Source of the DNA: Bdellovibrionota bacterium
Lineage (GTDB): Bacteria; Bdellovibrionota_C; UBA2361; JAAYZI01
Assembly: GCA_050950765.1 (NCBI GenBank)
Contig: JBMNIF010000002.1
Coordinates: 694,157 to 758,156 of the forward strand
Reading direction: 5' to 3'
Length of the DNA: 64,000 bases
A program made the position numbers and the translations under genes. Under the pieces are notes generated by a model. It searched no databases. It saw only the letters and a program-made list of their open reading frames with translations, and was not told the origin of the DNA. Shown here in pieces: positions 49,160 through 58,976 of the stretch (the stretch's first letter is position 1; each line of letters starts with the position of its first letter).

Positions 49160-51244
49160 TCAGCGGAGCATCTTTGCTGCGAGAGTTCTAAAGTGAGCGA
49201 CTGTTTCCTCTGTATCTTCAAATTCAGACTTTACCTTTGCTATTAAGGAAAAAGCATGAGCTAGATTTTCGCCATTACCATTAAAAGGATTTTTTTCCGT
49301 GAGCCCTGTTTTAACAAAATCAGCTTGCTTATTTTCATCGTTAGGGACTCCAAGTAGAAGAGCGATATTAAAACCGCAACAATATGCTTCGTTAAGAAGC
49401 TCCTCTTTTTGGGTAGTATCTTCTTTGTCAATCTCTTGTGTAGCTTTTGTATATAATAACTCTCCAAGGTTATATAAACATCTTCTATAATCAGTGGTTA
49501 CTTTTGTATGTTTAACCATACCAGGAAGGCGCTCTGGAAATTGGTTATCTATGGTTCGTGTGGTGTCTGTTCCGAAAGTGTTGTGTAACACCGTGCGTAA
49601 AATTCCAATAGCAAGATTGTGTTGTCTTCTAGCTTCTTCTTCAGGATTTTCAAGAGGCAGTTTTTTCCCTCCTTTGCTGTTTCTGTATGTATCCAAAAGT
49701 TCCGGAGTTGTCTTTAAACAGGTAGTAGTTAGATCTAAGATCGTTTTCAGATCATTTTTATTGCAGTAATAAGCACATTCTAAATATTTTTGAGCCAGCA
49801 ATTTATCCTTGGATACTAAGCCTATCCAACGAAAAGCTTTCGAGACGAATGCTCCAAGATTTTTCGGTACCTTTTGGGCGAATTCCTCAGGTGTGCTTGT
49901 TATAAGTTGTTTGTAACTCTTAAAGCCTACACTTTCTAGGATTTTCCAAGCAGAAGCATTGGCTTGTTTAAAATATTCCCTTTTTTTTGGATCGGTCTCC
50001 TCGGCATTACGATACGCCTCTCCGAAACCGATCAGGTTTTTAAATTCATTTTGCAACTCCTCTTCCAGTTTTTGCATTCTAAATATTTTGATCCGGTTTG
50101 CAAGGTCGTTAAAGAAAACGGCAGTTTCTTCTGTGTCTTTAAATACAGACCTTATTTCTGCTATTAAGGAAAGAGCGTAAGCAAGATGCTTGCTTTTACC
50201 ATTAAAAGGGTTTTCTTTTCCTAGTTCTTCCGTAATGAAATCATTTAGTTTGCTAGAGTCGTTAGGAGCTCCAAGTAGAAGAGCAGTATTAACACCGCAG
50301 CAATATGCTTCATCAAGGAGAGACCTTCTTATTTCCAAGTAGTCTTGTTGAATTTCTTTTTGTGCTTTGTTAAGTAATAATTTTCCAAGATTGTTTAAAC
50401 ATTGTCTACAATACGCGTTTATTTTCATATCACCAAATATGTCTGGATCTATCTTTTCTATATCTGAAAATTGTTTATCTATGGTTTGTGTGGTGTCTAT
50501 TTTGAAGGTATCGTTCAATGTTGTGCGTAAAATGTTAATAGCAAGTCTATGTTGCCTCCTGATTTCCTCTCCAATATCTCTAACATTTTTAAAACGTGGG
50601 TCTGTTTTGCCACGTTTTTTATATTCATCAAATTGATTTTTTGTTGTATTTGCATAGAGATCAGTTAGATTTAAGATCGTTTTTAAGTCATTTTTATTAC
50701 AATAATAAGCGCATTCTAAAAATCTTGCAGCGTCCAGATAATAGTGTTGCCCCTGTGAGTTCTTGTAGGATAAGCCTATCCGATAGAAAGCTTCTGCAGC
50801 GAACTTCTTAAAATCATCCGGTATCTTTCTAGCGATTTTTTGAGGTCTGCTTTTTTTAATCTGTTGATAGTTTTTTATATCTAAAATCCTCAAAATTTTC
50901 CAAGCACAATCACTAGCTTGTTTAAAGCTTTTCTCCTTCATGAAACTTGCCATGCGGGCAGATTCCTTTTTTAACTTCTTCAGTATCTGCTCTCTTGATT
51001 TTTTAGTAAGTTTTTCTTGTGACTTTTGTTGTTTTAGATCGTCTAGAATTCCTCGTAGTGGAGCAGCAGGAGCAGAAGATCCTTGTGATGTAGCAGAGCC
51101 AGAAGTAAAAAATGGTGTGTCTAAGTTTGAATCTCTTTTTGCGCTTGGATCTCTGTTTGTTTTTGGGGCAGTGGAAGAGTCGTTTTGCGGTGTTGCTCCT
51201 TTTGCGCTCGGATTTGTACCTTTTTCTAAGCTTTCGTACGTCAT
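49160..51244 (-). CDS. Hypothetical protein with two tandem ~290-aa Cys-containing repeats and a low-complexity N-terminus
   Basis: 694 aa. Residues ~95-390 and ~400-694 are clearly homologous (LECAYYCNKNDLKTIL, RRQH(R/N)LAI(N/G)ILRT, LDEAYCCGVNTALLLGAPND / LNEAYCCGFNIALLLGVPND, EKNPFNG, FKDTEETA / FEDTEETV). The first ~90 residues are Ser/Thr/Pro/Lys-rich with no signal peptide. The stop lies 10 bp from the convergent NagD-like stop. Confidence 0.6.
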   Translation of the reverse strand: MTYESLEKGTNPSAKGATPQNDSSTAPKTNRDPSAKRDSNLDTPFFTSGSATSQGSSAPAAPLRGILDDLKQQKSQEKLTKKSREQILKKLKKESARMASFMKEKSFKQASDCAWKILRILDIKNYQQIKKSRPQKIARKIPDDFKKFAAEAFYRIGLSYKNSQGQHYYLDAARFLECAYYCNKNDLKTILNLTDLYANTTKNQFDEYKKRGKTDPRFKNVRDIGEEIRRQHRLAINILRTTLNDTFKIDTTQTIDKQFSDIEKIDPDIFGDMKINAYCRQCLNNLGKLLLNKAQKEIQQDYLEIRRSLLDEAYCCGVNTALLLGAPNDSSKLNDFITEELGKENPFNGKSKHLAYALSLIAEIRSVFKDTEETAVFFNDLANRIKIFRMQKLEEELQNEFKNLIGFGEAYRNAEETDPKKREYFKQANASAWKILESVGFKSYKQLITSTPEEFAQKVPKNLGAFVSKAFRWIGLVSKDKLLAQKYLECAYYCNKNDLKTILDLTTTCLKTTPELLDTYRNSKGGKKLPLENPEEEARRQHNLAIGILRTVLHNTFGTDTTRTIDNQFPERLPGMVKHTKVTTDYRRCLYNLGELLYTKATQEIDKEDTTQKEELLNEAYCCGFNIALLLGVPNDENKQADFVKTGLTEKNPFNGNGENLAHAFSLIAKVKSEFEDTEETVAHFRTLAAKMLR

Positions 51245-51518
51245 GGCGCATAATTATATCTCTGCTTTAATCCTTAATCAAAACTTGTAAACATCCCTAC
51301 CCTCTCCCATATAGATAGTTTCTTTAAAGAACCAATATACCTTAAAACTTCAAAAAACTGGGGGGCAGGAAAACTTCTACAAGATATCTCCGTAATGTTT
51401 TAGCGTGGTTAGATTGCCGACCGTATTTTATGGTATAAGGGCGAAGCTTTCTTGTGTGTAATTTATGTGTAGAGACGCAAGTCTAGTTATTTTTAGAGAT
51501 TAGTGGTGTGTAAAAGGT

Positions 51519-52352
51519 ATGGAAATCGATTATGATCTGTTAGATTCTGGGAACGGTTTAAAACTGGAGAGGTTCTCTGAAAAAATTTTAATCCGCCCGA
51601 GCTCCTTAGCTATCTGGGATAAAAGTGACGAAAAGCTTTGGAAAAAAGCCGACGCTGTTTATGATCTAGATAAAGGGTGGTGCTACCTCTCTCCGCGTTT
51701 TGATGAATGGTCTTTAAAGGTTGGTTCTGATTTACAACTAATTTTACGTTTGCAAGATAACGGACAGGTCGGACTTTTTCCTGAACATCATCTATATCTT
51801 GATCAGATGATTGACGCTATCTCAGATTGTAAAAAAGATAAGGTGGAGGTCTTAAATCTGTTCGCCTATACAGGTATGGCATCAATACTGTGTGCTAAGG
51901 CTGGTGCTTTCGTTACACACTTAGACCTCTCCAGAAAAGCTTTAAAGTGGGCTAGGCAGAATGTTGATAAAAACGGTTTAAAGGGGGTTCGTTTTATTGA
52001 AGATGATGCAGTTACTTTTGTGCAACGTGAAATAAAACGGGGCAAAAAATACGATCTTATTATTGTAGATCCCCCCAACTTCAGCCGCACCGATAAACGT
52101 AAAAGTTGGAATATCGAAAATATCTTGCCGCAACTGCTGGGAGATTTAGCTACTTTATCGAATGAGCGTGTTCATATCTTTGCTACAAGTCATTATTTGA
52201 CCTACGGTGCAAAAGAGATGATGTCAAATATCTTGAGACAGAAGTTACAACCAAATGAAATCTTTACCCAAGATTTAATCTTAAAAGAGCTTCATTCGGA
52301 AAATACTCTTCCTGCTGGAACGTTAGTCTATTGCAAACGAATCCCCGCTTAA
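51519..52352 (+). CDS. Class I SAM-dependent methyltransferase (RlmI/RlmK-like rRNA methyltransferase catalytic domain)
   Basis: ...LNLFAYTGMASILCAKAGA... (AdoMet-binding motif I) and ...DLIIVDPPNFSRT... (DPPxF motif) as in the RlmI family. Confidence 0.65.
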   Translation: MEIDYDLLDSGNGLKLERFSEKILIRPSSLAIWDKSDEKLWKKADAVYDLDKGWCYLSPRFDEWSLKVGSDLQLILRLQDNGQVGLFPEHHLYLDQMIDAISDCKKDKVEVLNLFAYTGMASILCAKAGAFVTHLDLSRKALKWARQNVDKNGLKGVRFIEDDAVTFVQREIKRGKKYDLIIVDPPNFSRTDKRKSWNIENILPQLLGDLATLSNERVHIFATSHYLTYGAKEMMSNILRQKLQPNEIFTQDLILKELHSENTLPAGTLVYCKRIPA

Positions 52353-52367
52353 AGGTTCGACTAGTTA

Positions 52368-52997
52368 TTATTCTACGCTAACGGCGATAATCCGTTCCCA
52401 AAGGTGTTGAACAGGTGTTTTTTCTCCGCTAGCTATAAGGTCGGAAGTCGTCAAGTTATAACACTCTGCAATCGCTTTCGGACGGGCGTGCTTCTCTTTT
52501 TGATTAAGCTTATCCATCTTCGTCAGAACGACTAAAAGATGAACATTAGCTGCAAAGGCGATATCTCGAATAGCTAACTCATCATCTTCTGGATCTCGTC
52601 GACAATCGTTAAGTAAACAGATCGTAGTAAGATGCGGGCGATTTCGGATGTACTCTACTGTTAATTGACTTAGCTTCTCACGTTGAGTCTTGGCAAACTT
52701 TGAATAACCGAATCCTGGTAAGTCAGCTAAAATAAGTTGCAACTCTTTCTCTTCAGCGGAGTCCTGTTCAAGTGCTAGAAGGAGGCTGAAAAGGTTAATC
52801 TCGGTGGTACGTCCTGGTGTCTGACTGGTGCGCGCTAATTTGTGCCGCCCTGTTAATCGATTCACGAGAGTAGATTTTCCGACATTAGACCTGCCGATAA
52901 TGGCGACCTCTGGAATGCTACATTGCGGTAAGGCTGAAAAAGATTGTGCCCCTCCTAAAAAGTCAATATTTTTTATCTTGATAAACATTTTTTCCAC
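52368..52997 (-). CDS. engB: Ribosome biogenesis GTPase YihA/EngB
   Basis: G1 GRSNVGKSTLVN, G3 ...LADLPGFGYS..., G4 ...VLTKMDKL...; about 200 aa. Confidence 0.85.
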   Translation of the reverse strand: MEKMFIKIKNIDFLGGAQSFSALPQCSIPEVAIIGRSNVGKSTLVNRLTGRHKLARTSQTPGRTTEINLFSLLLALEQDSAEEKELQLILADLPGFGYSKFAKTQREKLSQLTVEYIRNRPHLTTICLLNDCRRDPEDDELAIRDIAFAANVHLLVVLTKMDKLNQKEKHARPKAIAECYNLTTSDLIASGEKTPVQHLWERIIAVSVE

Positions 52998-53092
52998 TAT
53001 ATTAAAACAGTCGTGCCGTATTTGCAGTGCCTAAGTTTTTCATTGCGTTAAAATAGCTTATCCGTATGTGTAATATCTAAGCTTCTACTGTG

Positions 53093-54616
53093 TTAAAATT
53101 GTTGTACAGTACTTGCAATACCTAAGGCACTTTTTACGGCGCTAATCTTATCGATAACGTGCGCCTTATACCACGTTGGATCCCACCACTCTCTTGGATT
53201 TGCCGGAATATTATTAACCCAAAGCTCAACCGTAAAGCCGTTTGTTAAAGCAAAACCGGAATCTCCGATAGTGCCGATAGTTTGCCCCGCTTGTACTGTA
53301 TCTCCTAGCTTAACGACATAGTTTCTTAAGTTGCTATAAAGTGAGAAGAGACCTAAGCCGTGATCAATTACCACAACATTTCCGTAAGTCCCAATATTCC
53401 CCGTAAAATGCACAATTCCGGAGTTAATGGTACGAACTTCACCGTTTTGAGCATCCGATAAAAAGTTAAACCCTAATTGTTTAACGGTGCCGATGTTGGA
53501 TCCGTTATAGATATAATTAAGGGTGTGACCGAACTCTGTCCTTGCTGGACCTAACGGTTTAACAAAAGCACCTTGCCAAAGCTTTTCAGATCGTCCACCT
53601 GTCCTTAGTTGAGAGAGTATTTCTTCCCTATCGAGGCGGCGTAATTCCTTATTAACCAATTCAAAGTTCTGAATTTTCTGTGTAGTGGAGTTAGAAGGAT
53701 CGTTCCAAGTGTCTTCATCACGTAGAGTAGGAGAGAGGGGTTCAAGTTTGTTTAAACCTTTTTTGATTAAATCTGGAATGGTTTTTTGTAAAAACTGCTC
53801 TGGAACTTGGTTTCTTAAAGAGGCGTATCTGATGGGAGCGATTTTATTGTAGAAGTTCATGCTCTTAACGTTACCGACACGGTCTTCAGCAAAAAGTGTT
53901 GGAGTTTGTTTACTGATCTCAGTAGTCAGATCTATGGCGTAGATACAGACATAAAGGTTGGGAGATTGTTCAAAATCTAAATCTAAAAAACTTGCATTAA
54001 ACCCATTAAAGATACGATCCCCTACCTTTACGCCGGAGAGTGCGAGGTTCTCATCTGTCGCTGTATAGAAGATTAGTTGAGAGCCGCCGTGCACGGCGTT
54101 GTGTTGTGTTGAAACAACGGCGAGTTTAGGTTTCTTATAATCAACGATTAGGTCGTAGCTCTGCTCCGCCGAATTAAACCAGAGACTCTTATCAAAAGCT
54201 TTGATTACTAATTGAACACTTCCTTCATTAAGCTCACTTTCTTGAGCATTGAAAGTAACTTCAATATTTTTACTATGAAGTTTTTTAGAGCCTACACTTA
54301 AGGTGCCGTTAAAAATGTCACGTTTTGAACCTTTTTGTATTAAAGAGATCTTCGCTTCAAAGAGACCAGCGCCCTCATCCGAAATATTCCACCGAAAAGT
54401 AACGGGTCTTGCGCCGATTCCGTGAGGTATCTCCCCTATGACTTTAATAGTCGGAGGTGTTACCTCTAGGAAGGTAGTGTAGAGCCATTTCCATCCAAAA
54501 AAAGCAGGGACGCTGAGTAGCCCGAAGCAGATTAAAACTATAATTAGGATGCGTAGAGGACGACGCCTACTTTTTTGAGGACGCTCGTTTGTTTGTGAAT
54601 TATCAACGCTAGTCAT
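53093..54616 (-). CDS. LytM/M23-domain protein, probably non-catalytic
   Basis: N-terminal anchor and a C-terminal M23-like core (...GNVVVIDHGLGLFSLYSNL...). The canonical HxxxD is HTLNY and the HxH position is ...TNGFTVE..., so the zinc ligands appear to be absent. Confidence 0.7.
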   Translation of the reverse strand: MTSVDNSQTNERPQKSRRRPLRILIIVLICFGLLSVPAFFGWKWLYTTFLEVTPPTIKVIGEIPHGIGARPVTFRWNISDEGAGLFEAKISLIQKGSKRDIFNGTLSVGSKKLHSKNIEVTFNAQESELNEGSVQLVIKAFDKSLWFNSAEQSYDLIVDYKKPKLAVVSTQHNAVHGGSQLIFYTATDENLALSGVKVGDRIFNGFNASFLDLDFEQSPNLYVCIYAIDLTTEISKQTPTLFAEDRVGNVKSMNFYNKIAPIRYASLRNQVPEQFLQKTIPDLIKKGLNKLEPLSPTLRDEDTWNDPSNSTTQKIQNFELVNKELRRLDREEILSQLRTGGRSEKLWQGAFVKPLGPARTEFGHTLNYIYNGSNIGTVKQLGFNFLSDAQNGEVRTINSGIVHFTGNIGTYGNVVVIDHGLGLFSLYSNLRNYVVKLGDTVQAGQTIGTIGDSGFALTNGFTVELWVNNIPANPREWWDPTWYKAHVIDKISAVKSALGIASTVQQF

Positions 54617-54633
54617 GGCAATTTTGCAAAAAA

Positions 54634-55635
54634 TTAAAATTCAAAAGCTTCTAGATTATCTCCGAAACGCTCTAAGATAAAAACCTTTAACTTCTCCTTA
54701 ATACGATTTTCAATTTGACGTACCCTCTCACGACTTAAAGATAGCTTCTCTGAGAGATCCTGCAAAGTCGCTTTCTCTTCAGAGAGGAGTCGTTCCTGAT
54801 AAATGATGGCTTCATTGGGGTTTAAAGTGTCAAGAAAATCTTTTAAAGCGAGAGAGATCTGTGCCTTTAACTGTACGTTAGAGAGGATCTCTTCAGCTGT
54901 CTCTGTTTCTGAAGGAAAGAGAGAGAGTAACGGAGTGTCTGGATCATTTTGTAAGGGAGCATCAACGCTGAGATCTGGTGTGCTCAAACGTTGCTCCATC
55001 TCTATTACTTCACTCTCTTTGACGTTAAGTTTTTCCGCTAACAACTTCGGCTCTGGGGAAAAACCCTCACGCTCTAGCCTCTCTTTCTCTTTTTTTAAAT
55101 TAAAAAAAAGTCTACGTTGCGCTTGTGTAGTGCCGATCTTCACCATACGCCAGTTGGCGATAATATAACGAACAAGATAAGCTCTGATCCACCAAACTGC
55201 ATACGATGGAAGTCTTACGCCGCGATACGGGTCAAAATTTTTAACAGCCTCCATTAGACCGATATTCCCTTCCTGAATCAGATCTAAGATGCTTCGTGCG
55301 GCTTTTTCATAATCACGTGTAATTTTAACAACAAGCCATAAATTACTCGTGATAAGTTTATAGACAGCATCTAAGTCATTATGCTCTTTATATCTGACAG
55401 CAAGCTCATGTTCCTCTTCTCTACTTAGTGGCGGATAACGACGTATTTCACGTAGGTACGCTCGTAAAGGATCGTACGGAACTACCTCCTGAAGACGTGG
55501 GGGTGGCAGCAGCTCCTTTTTTGTACAATCCAAGAGTCCTGCAACTTTAGCAGTTTTGTCAGGTAGGAGCTCTATTGTAGCAGAATCTTCCTTAAGAGGT
55601 GGCTTATCTGTGGTTTGCGTCAAGTCTTTTGTCAT
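54634..55635 (-). CDS. rpoH: RNA polymerase sigma-32 (heat-shock sigma factor), with N-terminal extension
   Basis: Region 2 ...LIQEGNIGLMEAVKNFDPYRGVRLPSYAVWWIRA... and the RpoH box ...WRMVKIGTTQAQRRLFFNLKK..., plus region 4 ...LSLSRERVRQIENRIKEKLK.... Confidence 0.8.
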   Translation of the reverse strand: MTKDLTQTTDKPPLKEDSATIELLPDKTAKVAGLLDCTKKELLPPPRLQEVVPYDPLRAYLREIRRYPPLSREEEHELAVRYKEHNDLDAVYKLITSNLWLVVKITRDYEKAARSILDLIQEGNIGLMEAVKNFDPYRGVRLPSYAVWWIRAYLVRYIIANWRMVKIGTTQAQRRLFFNLKKEKERLEREGFSPEPKLLAEKLNVKESEVIEMEQRLSTPDLSVDAPLQNDPDTPLLSLFPSETETAEEILSNVQLKAQISLALKDFLDTLNPNEAIIYQERLLSEEKATLQDLSEKLSLSRERVRQIENRIKEKLKVFILERFGDNLEAFEF

Positions 55636-55981
55636 TGTTCGGCGAATCCTAACAGAAAGAGAGGAAATGCTACAAGCGGTTACGCAAATAAAACAAACCT
55701 TGTTTTATTTTTTTACTATACAAAATCTTCACCCCTTCGGAAAGGCGTTAAGTTGGAAAGCGCATCTGTCGATCTCTTAAGACAGTTCTTGTAGTGCCCT
55801 GAGTTTAAAGACTCAATTAGGGGATTTCTGTGTAAGAACCGAGATAGAAGGCAAAACGGAACTTTAGGCTACGTTAAAGCATAGTTGTGCAGAGTGTCCC
55901 TGTTTTAAGTCCGTTTTTTAAGTATCTACTTTAAAGCGGGAGCAATCTGCGGCTGTTCAGTTTTTGTTAAGGAGCGTGAAT

Positions 55982-57676
55982 ATGCAATCACGAGTTGGTG
56001 ATCTGCTGGTTCGTGCGGGGTTGTTGACCGAAGATCAGTTAAATAAAGCCAAAGAGTCACAAGCAGCTACGGGTGGGTTATTGGCTAGCGCCATCATTGC
56101 GCTTGGTGCGATCACTGAACAAGATTTCGCAGATCTTCTGAGTGAACATTATGCTGTGCCTATCGTTACCCTTGACGATTATCAGATTGAAGATAGTGCC
56201 GTAAACCTGATTCCGCAAAACCTTGCTACAAAGTACGGTTTAATGCCAGTTTTAAAGGAACAGAGCACTTTAACCATAGCCATGATTGATCCGTCAAATG
56301 TTGTGGCATTAAACGATATAAAATTTATTACAGGCTTAGATGTTCGTGCAGTTATTGCACTTGAAAGTGATATCAAAGCAAAACAGGAAAAATATTACGA
56401 AGACCATATTTCATACAGCAGTATCATTGATGATATTGAAAGTGAAGACTTTGAAGTCGTTGCTAACAATGAAGAGCTTGATTTAAGAGAGCTTGAAAAG
56501 GCAACGGAGGATGCGCCTGTTGTAAAACTTGTTAACGCTATCTTGATGGATGCCATTAAGAAAGGTGCTTCCGATATTCATCTGGAGCCTTATGAAAAGG
56601 TATTTAGAGTTAGATTCCGTATCGATGGTGTGTTGTATGAAATTATGAAACCTCCGATGAAGTTGAAGAATGCTATTACTTCACGCCTAAAAATTATGGC
56701 TGATCTCGACATTGCAGAACGGAGGTTACCACAAGATGGACGTATTAAATTAAAGATCGGTTCTAATAAAGAGATGGATTTCCGTGTAAACGTTCTACCT
56801 ACTTTATTTGGGGAGAAGGTAGTTTTACGTTTACTTGATAAGTCTAATTTGCAACTTGATATGACGAAGTTGGGCTTCTTTCCAGAACAGCTGGAGCATT
56901 TTAAAGATGCCATCAGTAAACCACACGGCATGGTGCTTGTAACGGGACCAACGGGTTCAGGTAAGACTACAACACTTTATTCGGCGCTAGCGGATCTAAA
57001 TAAAGTAGGCACCAATATTAGTACAGCAGAAGATCCTGTTGAATTTAATCTAACAGGTATTAATCAAGCTCAGATGCACGATGAGATCGGATTTAATTTT
57101 GCTTCAGCACTACGTGCATTTTTGCGACAAGATCCTGATGTAGTTATGGTTGGTGAGATTAGAGATTATGAAACTGCTGAAATAGGCATTAAAGCTTCCT
57201 TAACGGGTCACTTGGTGCTCTCAACGTTACATACTAATGACGCACCATCGACTATTAGCCGTCTGTTAAATATGGGTGTGGAACCGTTTTTGGTAGCATC
57301 TTCCGTTAATCTAATTGTGGCGCAACGTTTAGCGCGACGTGTTTGTAGTCAGTGTGCACAGGAAGTGCACTTAAATCCTGAATTGTTGGTAAATATCGGT
57401 ATCCCTGCGGAAGAGGCTAGGCATATTAAGGTAATGCAAGGGAGTGGTTGTGAAGCGTGTTCAGGGACGGGGTATAAAGGGCGTGTTGCTTTATACGAAG
57501 TGATGCCGATGATGGAGAGTATTAGAGAGTTAATCCTTAATGGTGCTTCTACAACAGAGCTAAAAAGGGAGTGTATCAAACAAGGTATGCTGACTTTAAG
57601 AGCTTCCGCTTTATTAAGATTAAAAGAAGGTATGACAAGTTTGGAGGAGGTTCTCCGTGTTACAGCAGCTGATTAA
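55982..57676 (+). CDS. pilB: Type IV pilus assembly ATPase PilB (GspE family)
   Basis: N-terminal GspE-N/MshEN-like domain (...VGDLLVRAGLLTEDQLNKAKESQ...), Walker A GPTGSGKTTT, and a tetracysteine motif (CSQC...CEAC). Start set at the ATG with AGGAG RBS; the track ORF begins 18 nt upstream at a non-ATG codon. Confidence 0.9.
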   Translation: MQSRVGDLLVRAGLLTEDQLNKAKESQAATGGLLASAIIALGAITEQDFADLLSEHYAVPIVTLDDYQIEDSAVNLIPQNLATKYGLMPVLKEQSTLTIAMIDPSNVVALNDIKFITGLDVRAVIALESDIKAKQEKYYEDHISYSSIIDDIESEDFEVVANNEELDLRELEKATEDAPVVKLVNAILMDAIKKGASDIHLEPYEKVFRVRFRIDGVLYEIMKPPMKLKNAITSRLKIMADLDIAERRLPQDGRIKLKIGSNKEMDFRVNVLPTLFGEKVVLRLLDKSNLQLDMTKLGFFPEQLEHFKDAISKPHGMVLVTGPTGSGKTTTLYSALADLNKVGTNISTAEDPVEFNLTGINQAQMHDEIGFNFASALRAFLRQDPDVVMVGEIRDYETAEIGIKASLTGHLVLSTLHTNDAPSTISRLLNMGVEPFLVASSVNLIVAQRLARRVCSQCAQEVHLNPELLVNIGIPAEEARHIKVMQGSGCEACSGTGYKGRVALYEVMPMMESIRELILNGASTTELKRECIKQGMLTLRASALLRLKEGMTSLEEVLRVTAAD

Positions 57677-57713
57677 GGCAGATTGTTTTTGTGTGAATTT
57701 GGAGAGGTAAAAA

Positions 57714-58931
57714 ATGGCACTTTATGTTTGGGAGGGAAAAAACAGCGCTGGTGTTACTGTTAAAGGTGAGATTGAAGCGAAAACACCGCAAGCTGTTTTT
57801 AATGCTTTGCGTGCGCAGCAGATTACCCCAATAGCTAGTAAGATTAAGGAAAAGGGGAAGGGGCTTGATATGGAGATCAAGCTTCCTGGCATGGGACCGA
57901 AGGTGCGCGATAAAGATGTCGTTGTTTTTACAAGACAGTTTGCAACCATGATTGATGCGGGACTTCCTCTGGTGCAGGCTTTGCACATATTAGGTGCAAA
58001 TCATGAGAATAAAGCTTTTAAAAAAGTTTTACTGGGGGTTAAAGATAGTGTAGAAGCTGGCGGAACTTTAGCTGAAGGACTGAGTAAATATCCGAAGGCG
58101 TTTGATGAGCTTTTTGTAAATATGGTTAAAGCTGGTGAAAGTGGTGGTATCTTGGATATCATCCTTGAAAGACTCTCAGTGCAACTTGAAAAAAGTATGA
58201 AGTTAAAGCGTGAAGTTAAGACAGCTATGATCTATCCTTCTGTTATTGTTGCCACTGCTATTATCGTAACTGTTGTCTTGTTAGTCTTCGTTATTCCGAC
58301 CTTTGCTGAGATGTTTGAAGACTTCGGATCTGCCCTACCGTTACCAACACGAATAGTGATGATGATCTCTGATTTCTTTATAAATAACGCTCTTATTATC
58401 TTCCCTGGAGCGATAGCGCTTTTTTTCCTATTTATGTTTTTTGCAAAAACGCCACGTGGAAAGGAAGTGCTTCATCCTGTCGCCTTAAAGTCACCTGTTT
58501 TTGGTGAGTTGATTAGAAAAGTTTCTGTGGCGCGTTTTAGTAGAACGTTAAGTACTATGCTCAGTTCAGGTGTGCCGATTTTAGATGCACTTAGTATCTG
58601 TGCCAAAACTGCAGGGAATATCGTGGTGGAGCGTGATATCAAGACAGCTCGTGTTGCGATCTCTGAAGGAAAAACAATGGGAGAGCCGCTTTCAAAATCT
58701 GCTGTTTTTCCACCGATGGTTACTTCAATGATAATGGTTGGAGAGTCGACGGGTGCTGTCGATGCTATGTTAGCAAAGATTGCAGACTTTTATGAAGATG
58801 AAGTTGATACAGCTGTTACAGGCTTAAAACAGTTGATAGAGCCTATAATTATCCTCGTCTTAGGTGTGATTATCGGTGGTTTGGTTGTGGCGATGTATCT
58901 ACCGATCTTCAAACTGGGTAGCGTTGTGTAA
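57714..58931 (+). CDS. pilC: Type IV pilus inner-membrane platform protein PilC (GspF family)
   Basis: 405 aa with two GspF-type repeats and three hydrophobic segments; directly follows pilB. Confidence 0.9.
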   Translation: MALYVWEGKNSAGVTVKGEIEAKTPQAVFNALRAQQITPIASKIKEKGKGLDMEIKLPGMGPKVRDKDVVVFTRQFATMIDAGLPLVQALHILGANHENKAFKKVLLGVKDSVEAGGTLAEGLSKYPKAFDELFVNMVKAGESGGILDIILERLSVQLEKSMKLKREVKTAMIYPSVIVATAIIVTVVLLVFVIPTFAEMFEDFGSALPLPTRIVMMISDFFINNALIIFPGAIALFFLFMFFAKTPRGKEVLHPVALKSPVFGELIRKVSVARFSRTLSTMLSSGVPILDALSICAKTAGNIVVERDIKTARVAISEGKTMGEPLSKSAVFPPMVTSMIMVGESTGAVDAMLAKIADFYEDEVDTAVTGLKQLIEPIIILVLGVIIGGLVVAMYLPIFKLGSVV

Positions 58932-58976
58932 AAGATATTATTTGAAAGATATGAGTTTATAAAAGTTGTAGTTGAG

